Source: Hydrolagus colliei
Lineage: Eukaryota
Length of the DNA: 64,000 nt
Direction: 5' to 3'
NCBI GenBank assembly: GCA_035084275.1
Contig: CM068748.1
Location: 10,974,001 to 11,038,000, forward strand
The notes beneath the pieces are model-generated. The model was not told the origin of the DNA and made no database searches. It saw nothing but the letters and a program-made list of their open reading frames with translations. The translations under genes and the position numbers were made by a program. Shown piece after piece: positions 49,255-62,754 of this stretch. Each line of letters begins with the position of its first letter. Position 1 is the first letter of the stretch.

Positions 49255-52182
49255 AAAGTAAAGCTGAAGAGTGTACTACCAACAACTCCACTATAGATAT
49301 AAAAGTGTAATTAAATTAGTGACTACTTGACAAGCATTTGAAAATATTTCTGGAAGTCAACAAATTCCTCCAGGGATAATAAAATGAAGATTTCCCCCAA
49401 ATCATGGTTGAAACGGCTCCACTTTAGAAGCTTTGTATAGTAATTATTTTGGAATGACTTGTGCTTGTTCTCATTATATTTTGTCTGATCCTTTGAAGTC
49501 AAAAATGCAACATTTGTAATAACCCCAAAATATAGTTTCGAAAATAGAACTGCAAGTAATTGCCCATATAAAAGAGAAAAATAGTTCACCGCCAGGGTCT
49601 TTGATGGGCAGGGGAGGCAGTTAATTTTATAAGTCTCAAAATAAAACAGTGTTATCTGAGACTGCAAATGGTGCAATATGAGACAGGTCCAGACTTAATA
49701 GGGACTATAGAGGCTGAGAAGATAGTCAAGACATAGTCAAAATGTGGCATTGCCTGCAGGAATAGTTAAACTGAAAATGGTGGGCTAAATTTTGAAAACA
49801 AAATCTGGTCTTGTACATGTCATCACAAACATAAAATATCTTATTACTACTGTAATTGGTGTGATCTCAATTTTCATTATACTGTACTTTTCTTTCTTGC
49901 TAACTTTTAAAATATTCTGGGTTGGACTAAGTTTACAATTTTGGAGGTGGGGGGAATAAAATAAAATCTACAATACTTCTGTAGAGGGGTTAATACAATG
50001 GCACAGTGTGAATTTAAATAAAATGTTATAAGACCTCGTCAATTACATAACAAAAATGTACTTGCTGGGAATTGTCAAGTTGCTGATCAATTAAAACAAT
50101 ACTTAGGATCCAGCTAACAGATATTTACTGAGTGAATGCAGAGAATTTTTAATCCCACATCAGAGCAGACACTGCTTTTTCTAGCATAGGCACAACTGAA
50201 TGACACATAAAATTATTTAAAGTGCAATTTCTTACTTATATTTTTCTCCATTATGCAAATTCAGTATTTCAGTTTATAGTTCATTTTGCATATCTATATA
50301 TCTATATATAAGTATTATTTATACCTTATTTCATTATGAGCAAAATATTGCACTTGCATGGAGCATGACATTTTTAACACAGAATTATTTATATTTAGCA
50401 AATTATAAATCTGCAAGGACCTGGGTAACACTGAACAACAAAGAAATCAGAGCATTCAACTGCCATTATGACATTTACACATAACTTGTATGCATAATTC
50501 AAGTTGGCTATTCTAAAATGTAGAACACCACAACAGGACACTTATCATGACATTTACGTGTCACTTTGTGCAGTCCTGACGCATCTTAGTGCTTGCTGAA
50601 TAATGAAATCTAAAGCCTCCATAACATCTTAACTCTTTTGCTTAACTTAAATTTTAGTTTACATTTGCATGTTATCAGGCAATCACTAAAATAAAATTGA
50701 GAATATCTATGGATAGTGTACCTTTTGTTAATTTGACAATTTAAAATAGTTTTACAAAAACTAAACTTCAAAAACTAAATGATATACAGTATTATAGTTT
50801 CGATTTGTCTGGTCCTGCTCAAATCATCATGTTTACAAATGTGACAGAGTGAAGCTAAAAGGTTTTATGATCCAAATTGGTGAGCAGTCATACTCAACTG
50901 AAATCTTATTCAGTGATGGATTTAAGCAGTTCTCAGTAATGCTTATCATTTAATCATACCTTTGTGATGATTACACAATGCAAAAGGAAATAAACAGAGC
51001 AATCTTATCTGGGAGTTCCTACAATAAAGATTTTGAGACACTTTTTTTAAGGGTGGATTCTCTAATTTCTTGTCCACTTAGTTTCTCTGTAGAAATCCCA
51101 TCCCCGCTGGAGATAATGGCAACCTGCTTCCTGGCTTCTGCCAAACAAAAAGGTTATTTCAACTTGCCTGCAACCTTATGGAGCTACTTGGAGCTTGCTG
51201 ACTCCCCTTCGCCCTCACTACACTGGTATAAGAATGTTTGGTTCAGGACTTCAAAGTGGTTGCACCAACATATCCCTATTTTGAATCTCAAAACTGCACA
51301 TCCCATAACATGTGAACTACCCGTTGCTACTTTTTACACACGTTCACAATTTCTGATATAAGAATTGTAATTTTTCCATTACACATCAAAAATAAGGATA
51401 AAGGTTTGGTTTTCTATCAAATGACGAAATATTTCGCTCATTTTTTTCTGGGAAATACAGCTGTTGAGAACCTCTGGGACTTGCATATGATTTAGAAACT
51501 GAAAAGTTATATCTAACTGATTGATGGAGAGATCATACTTAATGTAATACATTACCAAAAATAATTCTGGACAGTCATTAAACCAAAGGATTAAATGGTA
51601 TATTTGATGCTTGAGTTGCAACAACTGATACAGCTTCTTTCATTTATCTGTCAACAATTAGAATGGGAAGTCAAACATTCTTTCTACCATGATAACCTAC
51701 AGTTTAGCATCTAGTTTAGTGATGCAATTACACAGAGATTGTGCAAACTTTTGTGTATGGTCTTGTAATCCCTGAAACCGGATTTTGAGACTGTACAATC
51801 TATTCACAGAGTATTAAAAGCCATACAGGAAGATTTTCACTCAAACTGTAGGTTTTCATGGTAAAAAGAATATCACCCCATCAGTTTGATTTGGGTTCAA
51901 ACTTAGCATTTTATTGTAGCCATCGATGTTAAATATATAATAATAATAATTTAAAGATATTCTGAAGTAATTAACAGGAAAGGTAGCATGTCTGATAACT
52001 AATGTCAGTGACAGTGCAATCATCGATTTACTCAAAACCCAGGATTCATATTCCATCAAATAGACAAAGAACACAATTTCTTTCCATGTTTTGCCTACAG
52101 ACAGCAGTATGGAGAAGAACTGGACTATTCATTCTGGTTGTACTCACTAAGATTCTGGCAAGCAACATTACTAGTGGAGAGA

Positions 52183-52220
52183 GAGAATTAAACCAACTTG
52201 AGAATTAAACCAACTTGAGA
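52183..52220. repeat. 17-bp perfect tandem duplication
   Basis: gagaattaaaccaactt occurs twice. Confidence 0.9.
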
Positions 52221-52360
52221 GAACCTTTTCCATTTTTAAACTGCCTCAGACTTCATCTCTTTCAAATAATAAGTACAGTAGAACAGGCATTATAATGCAC
52301 AATTTTACTGTATAGCTTGCAGTATTATAGAAACCATACTTTTGAAAAAATTAACTTCAA

Positions 52361-52366
52361 TTTATT
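52361..52366 (-). terminator. Candidate CCSER2 polyadenylation signal (AATAAA)
   Basis: tttatt on the plus strand about 630 nt past the long-frame stop, with a T-rich stretch downstream on the minus strand; an alternative lies at 51910-51915. Confidence 0.3.
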
Positions 52367-52989
52367 TTTAAGATTTTCGTTCAAAGCAAACAATGTAATC
52401 ACCAGATTACCTACTTTTAAAGCAAGGTAACCAGTTGTCTGTTCTGTTAAGGCTCTTTCTATTCATTGGAAAAATGTTCTTCCTGCTACAACAGATTCAT
52501 GCAGTTTAATTGAAATATAAGACATTTGTATTCGCTATTTTAAAGATAGGGCAACAAACCGTTCCACAGTTGCTTTGGGAATTTGTTAGAAATCCCACTA
52601 GTCATGACACGAATAATCTTTTACTGCTGACTGATTCATATCCAGATCATTACAGATTCATAAACTGCACAGCTGCTAATATTTTCTTGTCCTGCTCTTC
52701 TCCACCCTGGCAATTTTTCCCCTGTATTTTGAGCAAAACTTTCTTCCAAACCAAAATGCCACAAATCACAATAATGAATCGTTTCAAGAAACTCTAAATG
52801 TTCAAAATGTCGAGACAGTAGCTAGTCGTTGCATCAGTCAGGTATGCAGGAGCTGGATTTAGAATCAGTTCCTTAGTGAGTTAAAAGTGGACCAGGTAAA
52901 AGCAAATAGTGCCAAGTCTAGGATGATAAAACTTTTATCCTGCAGGGTATCCTGCAATGGAAAATTTTAGTAACAGGGTTTGTCTAGCT

Positions 52990-53937
52990 CTAAAAACTAT
53001 AGTTGGAGGGGTTGGACACATGCATCTTTGGTTTAGGAAGGCGAGAATATCTGATGGAAGTTGCCATTTTCTCTAACTGGGATTCACGCTGCTGTCCAGG
53101 ACAGTCGTTTCGGGATGATTGGGGTTTCTGTGGCTTGTTTATTGGTAGAAACCGAAAGTGGGGCTCATTCTGGTGATGAGTTGCCTCAGCATTCTGATTC
53201 TCTCTGATTGGTGATGCAGACTCAATCGAGGCCCCGGCAGTCTTAGTCTTTAGAAGTGATGAATACAATGATGGTCGCAGTTTAGAGTTTCTCTTTTGTT
53301 CATTGTTTTGGTTTGGCAGGTTTAAGGGTATTTTTAGCTGAGATTGATGACTCTTTTCTTTCGGGCCATGTCCAATGGTTGAAGATGGTTGAACTGGACA
53401 TTTTGTAGGTAAAGGAATTGTTTGAGTGACTGGAGCAGCATTCTTTCTTGATCTTACGGAGAAAGGGGACGGCAATCGTGAAGACAAGTTCTGGGTTGCA
53501 ATATTTAAATCCTTAGAAGGCTGACATTGTCTAAAGGAAAATGTGGGCTGAGAGTCTTTATTTATGGTTTCTTCTGTGAATTCCAAAGGTCCAGCGATAC
53601 AGATCTGCTGCAAAGAAGCCTGATTAGGACCATGTTCCTTAGATGAAAAGTTAGGTGGAATATTTAGAATCTGCTTGCCTGTAATGTGCACTTTGCTCTT
53701 TGGAAGATTTTCAACAGAATCTTCCATCGTCAACTGTGAGGCTAAAAGAAAGCTAAGCTTGTCTGAATCCATCTGTGGGGAATCAGTAACTTTTGCGTTT
53801 TGATTGGTTTGGCAGTTTTCGGACAAAGCTTGCTCCATACACCTACTGGGGTCCTCGATATGCACTGTTTTTGCTAGTTTTTCCACGTGGAAGTCGCTTG
53901 AGCTGAGTGTGTGGCTGGAAGGCTGTAGTACTGGAGG
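52990..53937 (-). CDS. CCSER2: CCSER2 (FAM190B/GCAP14) terminal exon, long frame (phase 0), 315 aa
   Basis: Branch point and acceptor ctaac..ttttcttcttcctgcag|CCT. PPVLQPSS, KLAK..IE..S.C, QLTM, SKLRP and RYSRLPKPKMH match the recalled human CCSER2 long isoform (PQVLQPSS..KLIKPQRIEARSEC..QLTMD..SKLRP..RYSRLPKPKIH). Confidence 0.88.
   Translation of the reverse strand, partial: PPVLQPSSHTLSSSDFHVEKLAKTVHIEDPSRCMEQALSENCQTNQNAKVTDSPQMDSDKLSFLLASQLTMEDSVENLPKSKVHITGKQILNIPPNFSSKEHGPNQASLQQICIAGPLEFTEETINKDSQPTFSFRQCQPSKDLNIATQNLSSRLPSPFSVRSRKNAAPVTQTIPLPTKCPVQPSSTIGHGPKEKSHQSQLKIPLNLPNQNNEQKRNSKLRPSLYSSLLKTKTAGASIESASPIRENQNAEATHHQNEPHFRFLPINKPQKPQSSRNDCPGQQRESQLEKMATSIRYSRLPKPKMHVSNPSNYSF
53843..53937 (-). 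CDS. CCSER2: CCSER2 terminal exon, short alternative frame (phase 1)
   Basis: (T)SSTTAFQPHTQLKRLPRGKTSKNSAYRGPQ* aligns without gaps to the recalled human C-terminus TSSTTAFQQPSQTHRSHPGKTNKATTYRGPQ*. Confidence 0.8.
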
Positions 53938-56069
53938 CTGCAGGAAGAAGAAAAGCCATGTTAGAGCACTTTTACACATAAAATGCTTTTCTAAGACCAA
54001 ACCTGTCCAATCACCAGGACAGCCTACTTTATTTTGTTTCTATAGACCATGCATGAATAAAATCTAGAAGAAGGTATGGGTACTGGATGGAAGCAACATA
54101 ATCATTTGATTGAGAAACAAAAGCATTTGGAAGCAAATCACACAGGAATATTTAAAACTGTGGCACTTGTTTCGAGGATGAAGCATACAAGATGGATGGT
54201 GGAAGGATTTCTTTTAAAACTGGTAATATGAATATTTTCTGTCTAGCTGAAAATTCTACCATAAGATAACATGTCGGGTTATTGTTACCTGTGAATTTCT
54301 CTCCTCTCCTCGAGGAGTTTTGCCTTCTTTTTCCATGTGGCTTTAATACAGCAATTATGTTAAAATTGCTCATTTCCTGTTACAACTTTTGTCACTTTAC
54401 AGCTCAGAAGCAAACTTTGGCAATCTTCAACACTCAACTGCTATTCATTCCCCAAGCTCAGTTTTGCTCTTTTCTGATTGAATGTTTTCACTCCTATCCT
54501 TACCCAGCCTGTGCAGTGATCCTTGGGAATCTTTAACCCTACCTAAACTCATCCTGCTTTATTCTCTCTCATTTCTCTGCTCCTTATCCTAAACCTTTAC
54601 TAACTTTTCCACTTATGGTGGGTGATTCACTCAACCCTTCTGTTACACAAGGTTTTTCCACTTCTCTGCTAGTCTCATGCAAGCATGTTGTGTATAAATT
54701 ATCTTGCCATTGACCACCATAAATAGTTTAACCAGGTTTGGTAGTAATAAATTTATATCCTCGAATTAACATTTCGACATCAACTATCTGTTGGCAATGA
54801 TATTTGTGCAGAGATAAACTTAAACTGTGATTTAGAATGCTGTGACATGGACTCCTAAAATACCATCCAGTGAGAGTTTGGGAATATTTTAATAGGCATA
54901 GATATCTACGGATACCTAAACGGAGAGTAAAGATGAATGAAACAATTAAAGGACAGTTCTGATGGTCTTTTAGTTCACCCTCATTTGGCATAAATTGGCT
55001 ATACAGCCTCTCATTCAAACATATCCGAAAAGGCCAGTTACAATGTTTATATTTCATTTGGATAGTTTTCGCCAAAAAAGCTGTTTATATAGGATTTTCA
55101 ATATCTATTCATTAACAATTCATTACTATACCAAGTTAAGAGTGCACTCAATCAAGCTCAACTAAAAGGTTTAACCACGTCAAACACTTCTAACATTCAG
55201 TAAAAGCTACACCACGGTAACAATCAAATATCTCAGTTAACATCATAAACTGCAAAGAGCAAGGCTGCTCGATTCACACTGTAGTTAAGTATAGATTCAT
55301 TTCTGATTTCCCATCAAATGAAAGCTGAAAGTGCAGAACAAATCAGGTTTAAAACACATCAATTCAATTCAGAATACACCTCCTCAAACAACCACAGGAG
55401 ATGGGTTTTTAGTATTAATGCATGGACTAAAGTATAAATAACCTTTGTTAAAAAAGAATGTAGTGCACTTTTAAAAAATTGGACTCTTTATTACTATAAA
55501 ATTAAACCATGTTGCTGTCAATAAATGGAGATTTGTGCATTAATTTAGTTGTGCATAAAGATAGGTTTCATAGTGTGATTTAACATAACCCCAAACTTTT
55601 TACTGACCTTATAAACAGTTAACCTATACATTATATTTTTGAAATCAACAATCAGAATGATTTAAAATCCCATATTTATATTATATTGGATGATATAGAT
55701 ATTTAGGTTTAAGTATGCTTTAAAAAAAACTGCATCACTAACTTTAACATCTTTATTTCATATGTTTGTGATTTTAATTGGAGCATCTGTTTATAAAGCG
55801 TGAATAAAGGTGAGAGCTGCTTGGTGAATTTGCTGAGCTATCATTGAGGAGTTAAATTAATGTGGTAATTAACTTGCAGCACTTTGATAATCATGCTATT
55901 ATAACTGTGCACATTAATCCCTTGAGTCACTCATACCAGGCAATCTCCCCTATGACAGCAAAAACAATTGTTTAAAGGTGAAATCTACAAAGAATAATCC
56001 TTCAAAAAAAAATCAGGATATTTTTTCTGAAGGAGGAAGATTTACTTAAACACAGTACCGTTCTTGGAG

Positions 56070-56285
56070 CCTAGCTCCTGTACTTGGGTGCTTTAGTGAG
56101 TTACATTGCAGAGACTTTTGTAAATCCTATGTGGCCATACCTCATATGATAGTTCATGTTGGTAAGCTAGTTGGCCATGAAAACATGACTGCAGAATCCA
56201 ACTCGCTCATCACCGGACATAGATGGATACAATTGGCATCATTGGGAATGAATGGGAACCTTGGATGATTTTAAGTTTTCTCTAA
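56070..56285 (-). mobile_element. Degenerate LF-SINE-like 3' portion in the CCSER2 intron
   Basis: gtggccatacctcat..ggtaagcta..gaatccaa..catcacc..gggaaccttggatgatttt resembles the reverse complement of LF-SINE. Confidence 0.4.
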
Positions 56286-57842
56286 AACTACAGGAGACAT
56301 ATACCATGGAAATGAATGATTTTGATGGAGATGAATTTTGTGCTTGTTATAAGTTGGGTACTTGTAACATGTAACTGTTATTGGGTACAGTAATAACCTA
56401 GAAATTTTGCGAATGATGTGCACAATCCTATTCATTTAAAACCATTAGAAACTTAGAAACAAGGACAAAATATGTAGGTTAATAATAATGTTTAATTAGC
56501 TGAAAGGTTGTTATGGCAGTTTTTTTAGGCAAGCTTTGTGCCCATGCACAATTTTAACACATCACACAGAGGTTGAATCACAGAGGGGATGAATGTAAAC
56601 TAATATTGACATATTAAAATGAAACCAACAGACAGCTGCATTCCATCTATCCTGAACCCATCTCTGTAAATTAACAGCCTGTTGAGTTCAACTGTTGGAC
56701 TGAAAAAAAGGGGCCATGCACTGAGAAATTAATGAAGGTATTGTTTTAAGAAAATTTAAATCTAACATCAAAAGCCTGTTTTAATGAACAGATATTTCTT
56801 TTTTTTCTAAAAAATCTCTTCAGTGTGTACTCTCTGAAAGAATATAATTTACATTCTATGCATATACTCGAGGGCAATAATAATTGACCAATTATTTTAC
56901 CACTTGTGTATCCGTTTTAAGCACCAAGGTAATGTGCTCGAAACTAATTTTTGTAGTTTTTATATTAATCTGCATCGCTTCTAGAAAAAACAAAGATTGT
57001 TTTTTGCCTGTTGGTTTGTATTTGGGGCTAGTGGTAACTGACCTTTTTTTTGTTGGTTTAGCTCTTAGATGTTTTAAAACACTTCCTTATAATAATAATA
57101 ATCATCGTTGCATTTTTAAATTGATACTTATCCATAAAAAATTTCCACATCTGGGTATCAGATGAATAGTGACATCATTTGCTGCTCCTCCAATGTCAAT
57201 TCCTGGGTGTTAAGAATGCGACTTTGCACAAATTTACATTTGTGCAAAGCACCACTGATACCCAAGTTATTTCTTCCAAATGTTTTTTTTCTTTGGAGGA
57301 TATAAATTGATAAATGATGACTCAACCACAAACTAATGATTTTCTTGACAGTAGTATTTTGTATTTGACGTTTGAGCAAAGTGTTTCTTGAAAACGCATT
57401 TATCTTTGTTAATTTTGTGAAATCAATTGTATAAAATAAAAATGCATTTTGATGTACTTATGACATTTTTGTGGCACCAGCAAATTCCTGAAAAAAGCCA
57501 CATTTGCGAAGATCACAGACTCATGGAATGCTCCAGATCTGCCGGAATTGTCCTCATTATTCTGCTATATCGCAATTCCAAATCTTTACTGTGACTTAAA
57601 ATTATCCTCTGTGCTCCTCCCAGTGATGTAGAATTGCTCAGTAAGCACAAGACTGCATGAACAAGTCAGGTAGGAACCTACAGTATACTGTAATATAGAA
57701 ACTCACTGTCTGTATGTATTATACAAGATAATGAACACGTATCACTGAATGAGGCAAGTGACTCAATTGAATAGATGTTTCAGATATCAACTGTGAGGTG
57801 AAAATGTCAGTGAATTGTGTTCATTACCTGAACAAACAAGTA

Positions 57843-58176
57843 GCATAGGAACATTAGGCCCTTCAAACCGGTTTCACCAATTTATTTGATCTTGAAAGAT
57901 CTTTTAATCCCATTGCCCTGTCCTTTCAAGATAATGTCTCTATTACCTTGCTCTCTTCTAAATACCACTATTGATTCTGCCTTTAACAGCTTTCTGGGGC
58001 AAAACATTCCACATTTTCATAACACTCTGTGAATAAATGTTAGCTGAACTAAATTCGAACAGTCTTAGTTCCAGTTTGAAAATTCTGTCCCTTGTAAGGA
58101 ATCCCTCTACCACACCGAAGAGGCAGCCACCATCTAACCTATTAATTCCTTTCATTATTTTAATAGCTCAATCACA
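57843..58176 (-). mobile_element. CR1 LINE 3' fragment
   Basis: MKGINRLD..TRDRIFKL..YSQSVMKMWNVLPQKAVKG matches the CR1 ORF2 end (TRGH..KL..FSQRVV..WN.LPQKAVEA). Confidence 0.75.
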
Positions 58177-59121
58177 TAGCAGGGGTTGCTATAGACCAAA
58201 ATATATTGCTTCATGCAGTGGCGCTTACAGTGTGATTAAGTTCACGGGAAATCTTAAGACTTCACTACTTTGTTTTCATATATAGGTATATTTGCATGCT
58301 TGTGTATTGCACATAAAAAGCACATATAATTTGTGTAAAACTTCATCATACATTGATATAATTCTGCCGTGTAGGATTAACAATACATGCAGGATTTTGT
58401 CATTCATGCAACATGCAGGCAGCAGTGAAATATTATTTAACTGTACTGTACCACGCTTTATCATAGAAGTAATGGACAACATCCTCATATCCTTGCATCA
58501 GGTAATGGATAGGGAGAGACAAAGAAGACAAGGAAATGGACAGTGACTTCACAAACAAACCAATGAATTACATCAATTAATTCGGAGCACTGGATTAACA
58601 TTTTAATTTGTATAAAAAAAGTCATTAACTTTAATATATATAATTTCCCTTTTCTAATGGAAGATAATCCATAAAGATTTTCTTAATAACCATAATGTAT
58701 TCTTTAGTTGGCCTGTGGAAGCTTCATTCTTTAATGCATTGTTGAGCACACTGAGCTCTTCTAGCAAATTAATTATTTAAAGAGCTGTGGAAAATGTTAG
58801 GAGTAATATTTATAATCAAAATAGATTGGAAGCTGATTGATCTGTGAGATAGATTGGAAGCCGATCGACCTGTTTAATTTAGGAGTGAAAAAAATGAAGG
58901 GAGGCTTGCCAGTTCTGTGGTTAATACCCAGAGATGCTCTTTGTGATAATCTGTTCAGCACACAGGACCTCCTTCTTAGGAACTATATACCTTTTACTAC
59001 AGTTCCCTTTGTCTAATGCAATAGCTACTCCATTCAGAAATCAGCAGTATGATGCAACAATGCACAATTCATTAAGTCTGATATGACTACAAATAAACAC
59101 ACGGTTCTGCACAAAAAGTTT

Positions 59122-59205
59122 AGTGATTGTGTATTTTGTAGGTGAACACGGCAGTCAATTTGTGCACTGCAGTGTTCCACAAACAGCTGTAATAGGAATG
59201 ACTAC
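59122..59205 (-). mobile_element. Deu-domain SINE fragment
   Basis: aacacggcagtcaatttgtgcactgcagtgttccacaaacagc..gaatgac. Confidence 0.5.
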
Positions 59206-59678
59206 TTTTTTCTCATGTTGCCTCTCTTTGGATTATACATCTCTTACGATTGATAAAGAATGGCAGACAGTCTACTCCTAGGCTTTCTTCAAATGCAGTC
59301 TTGATGCAACTACAAAGAAGTAGCAGATCAACCTCCATCCTTGTGGGGAGGGTCCTCAACTCCTCCTGGCTGGTTAGAAAATCATAAAGTGCCACCGCTT
59401 TGCATGTTGTAAAGCGTGCTCCGCAATTTAAATTCTATGGTAATAGTTATTCATTTCTAGTTGTTCTTTTATTTATTTCATCAACCTCCTCAACCAACGA
59501 AAAGTATCACAAGGGATCCATCTCTTTAAACTGCTTATGTATATGGATTGCACTTTTCGAAAAATGTACAAAGGTACTACAATTTACAAAGAAACTTTAA
59601 TCCTCTTTAATGATCAGCACTACCTTTCTAATAATCTGGAATCTTCAGAGGGAGCAAGGGTCTTTCTGAAAGTAACCA

Positions 59679-59812
59679 TAACAATAATACTCCTTGGATT
59701 TGATATAGCACCTTATCACATCTTCTAGACATCTCAAAGCACTTCACAAAATATACTATAAAGCAAATTGACTATGTTTTGTGGACGAAACATGGTATGC
59801 CAATTGTGCACA
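59679..59812 (-). mobile_element. SINE 3' fragment
   Basis: tccttggatttgatatagcaccttatcacatcttctagacatctcaaagcacttcaca..gccaattgtgcaca. Confidence 0.78.
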
Positions 59813-60244
59813 TAATCTAATTTCATTATGATATCTCTTATTCCAGATGCTTTTGACTATAAAACAACATGAAGTAGCAAGGGGAAAATTCTTGGGCTTC
59901 ACAAATGAAATATTTCTCCTCAACCATAAATATTTTATGGTTCATATTGCAAATGTGTTGATGATAGATTAATTATTTTGACTGCCCATTGCTTCTCAGC
60001 TGTCAAAGCCACTGCATTGTAATAAACGCCCCCTGCTAAAATGTTGACAAAAAGTAGTTTGAATGTATTACTCAGTGGAAATAAGAAGCTGTGGTTACCA
60101 TAATTTTTTTTTAAATGCAGGTCATTGCAATGTTTTTTTCCTAAATACATTTGTTCAGAAGCTTAACCCACATAATGTCAGTCAATACCATAAAACATGG
60201 TGACTGCAAGTTCTTTTTAAAAAGAAAATATTTAACTAGGACTA

Positions 60245-60388
60245 CCCTGTATTTGATGTAGTGCTTTTCTAGATGTCTCAAAGCGCTTCACAGAATACTG
60301 TATAGTGAATTGACTGTATATTTGCAGTCAAAATGCAGCAGCCAATTGCGCATAGCAGTGTCCCACAAACAATCATGGATTGAAGTTT
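60245..60388 (-). mobile_element. SINE 3' fragment
   Basis: gtctcaaagcgcttcacagaatactg..gcagccaattgcgcatagcagtgtcccacaaacaatcatggattgaa. Confidence 0.8.
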
Positions 60389-61081
60389 TAATTTATTACT
60401 GTTATTATGATAATATCACAATTTAGCACATCACCATGTTTCAGATGTTTTCAGAATAAAGTTTAAAATGGACATTATGTTCACGTAATACTGTATGGAA
60501 TGTTTACCACTTATTATTGAGGTTAACACTGCCTAACAATTAATTCAGAACAAGAAAAATGAAGTATCGCTTCAGAATCTTGTGTTAGTTTACACTGTGT
60601 ACAGCCATAAAATACATGTAATATCTAATTGCAGATTCATTGGGTGCTAAATATCTACATATTTCAACTTCAGCATCAAAGTGGAGACCAAGAGTTGCTC
60701 TTCATCTAATTTGCGAAACATACATGTGCTACCTTTGATGTATTTTGCTAAACAGGATTCCTAATATTTTTGAGAGGGGAGTTGGCATAATGCAGCATTC
60801 TAGTGAGGGAAGTTGCCATTAATAAATTTGTCACTTACTCTCTTTTACCACAAGCAAAGCACATGGCCACCCTTCACAGAATGATATTACCAACACTAGC
60901 AGCTTGTGTGTGCATCTCTCATGAGAATCATGTCCATTAAAAGCACACTACATCACAACGATCTCGAAGTGTGTTTCCCATTGCCAAGCATGCTGACTAT
61001 CACTCTTACAGTTACTCACTCAGGAATGCACAATCAAAGTGTGACATGTGTGCATGCGTCTGCCAGAATGGCTTCTGATTA

Positions 61082-61200
61082 GATCAATCAATCCATCAAT
61101 CAATCTATCAATTCACCAACCAACCAACCAACCCACCCACAACCAACCAACCCACCCACCCACCCACCCACCCACAACCAACCAACCAACCAACCAATCA
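61082..61200. repeat. Compound tetranucleotide microsatellite (ATCA/ACCA/ACCC)n
   Basis: Directly visible in the sequence. Confidence 0.9.
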
Positions 61201-62159
61201 CAGAGCAATATTTCCATTCAAACGCACACCTGCCAATCATCTCTGTCAGTGTGACTTTGAGCTGCACTTGTAGGTCACAATTACAGGTTGTCAATCCTAC
61301 TGCAAACTCACACCTGTCAATCAGTCTATGACATTCTACAACAAATACACCATCACCCAAGGGCAACGGGCCAGTGATTCTGAATCCTTTTTAGCAGATA
61401 CTAAAAATAAAAAAATTATAAAAGCCTATGGACGGTATTTGGCGTTCATTCATTGTAGTGAATTAATATGTCTTATTAATATGCTTGCAACATTTTAGAT
61501 GTTTTTGTCAACTGATTTGCATCTTAAGCCTTTCATTGAAAAGAAATTGCAATGGAAGCAGTTCTTCTCAAGATATTGTTTATTGCAATTTTTCTGCAAG
61601 GCATTTAGATAATAAAAAAAAATCCTGATTTAAACTTGGATAATCAAACCTATCAAAACATCACTTTTTCAAGCTTCAGCATTGAATTTCAATGAAAGGT
61701 CTCAGAATACGAGGATTTTTTTTTCCAGCAACTTGGACAAGTGCAAAACTAAATCAGGAATCCTAGGGATGCTTAAACATGTTTGGCTTTGGATGCAACT
61801 AAAATTGTGGCACTTGTGCAATGCACAGCGGTATCAAAATACCATTTTCTACGATTTGAACAATTGATATGTAATGGCATATTCTCCTTCACGCTACTTC
61901 TACCTAGGTCAAGTCAGAACAACACAGATAGGTTATTTTACTTTGAAAATTTGAAATTCACAATTTTTACCCTAAAACTACGCAAACTAAGGGAACTGAA
62001 CCTGGAATCTTCTACTTTATGGCAACAAGGTAAGCCATTATTAAGAAACATATAATTTGTAAAGTCTTTAATTGGTGATCATGAGGCAGAGTATGCTCGT
62101 GGTTTCTTTATTTGAAATAAATCTTGTTATGCTGTCAAAGTGAGTCATGTTAATGGAAG

Positions 62160-62260
62160 AATTCCCCCTCCCCCTGGCTTGGCCTCAGGCTCTGCAACTG
62201 AGAAGCTTTCTGAGACACTGCCTGCGTGGAGGGCACTATACAAATACAAGTTGTTGTTGG
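62160..62260 (+). mobile_element. Short L2 3' end
   Basis: tgagacactgcctgcgtggagggcactatacaaatacaagttgttgttg. Confidence 0.65.
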
Positions 62261-62754
62261 TGACATTTGAATGACATTTCTGCAACTCTTGAGCATTTCT
62301 GAGTCAGACATATGAGCAAAAATATAACTTCTTTCTTTCTCTATAAAGTAGATGGATTCATGAAGAAATACTTTCACCTTTTCATGTTGTCTTCATGCCA
62401 TTAGAAGCATAAATTTAACACAAAATTCCTAGTACTGTATATGGCAACAGAAAATCACTTAGAATCGGCCTCCAGACAATATCCAAGTTAGCAGCTCAAC
62501 ACTGCATTAGTTGCTATGCAGACGTGTTACACTGGAGCCAGAACAGCACTCCAGAAATCAACATGCATTATGATGGGCCCATCAAAGTGATTCCAGCTGC
62601 TTAGTGGCACAACTCCAACTCCCCAGGGATGGTACTTGTAAGTAAATTAAGTGTGTGCAGCTGGGTGAAGCAGCAGACATGTGGTGCTTTGGTTACCAAA
62701 AACATAGAATGCCATAGTACAAGTGTAAATTATCTGTAAATGCAACTAGAAATG

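Noticed and set aside
50978-51361. 127-aa ORF
   Set aside because: It has no recognisable domain or splice support and lies antisense to the CCSER2 3' region; likely chance.
53938-54000. N-terminal 21 aa of the 336-aa ORF
   Set aside because: This is intronic branch point and polypyrimidine tract, not a real start.
62571-62584. 14-bp perfect palindrome tgatgggcccatca
   Set aside because: A few palindromes of this length are expected by chance in 64 kb.
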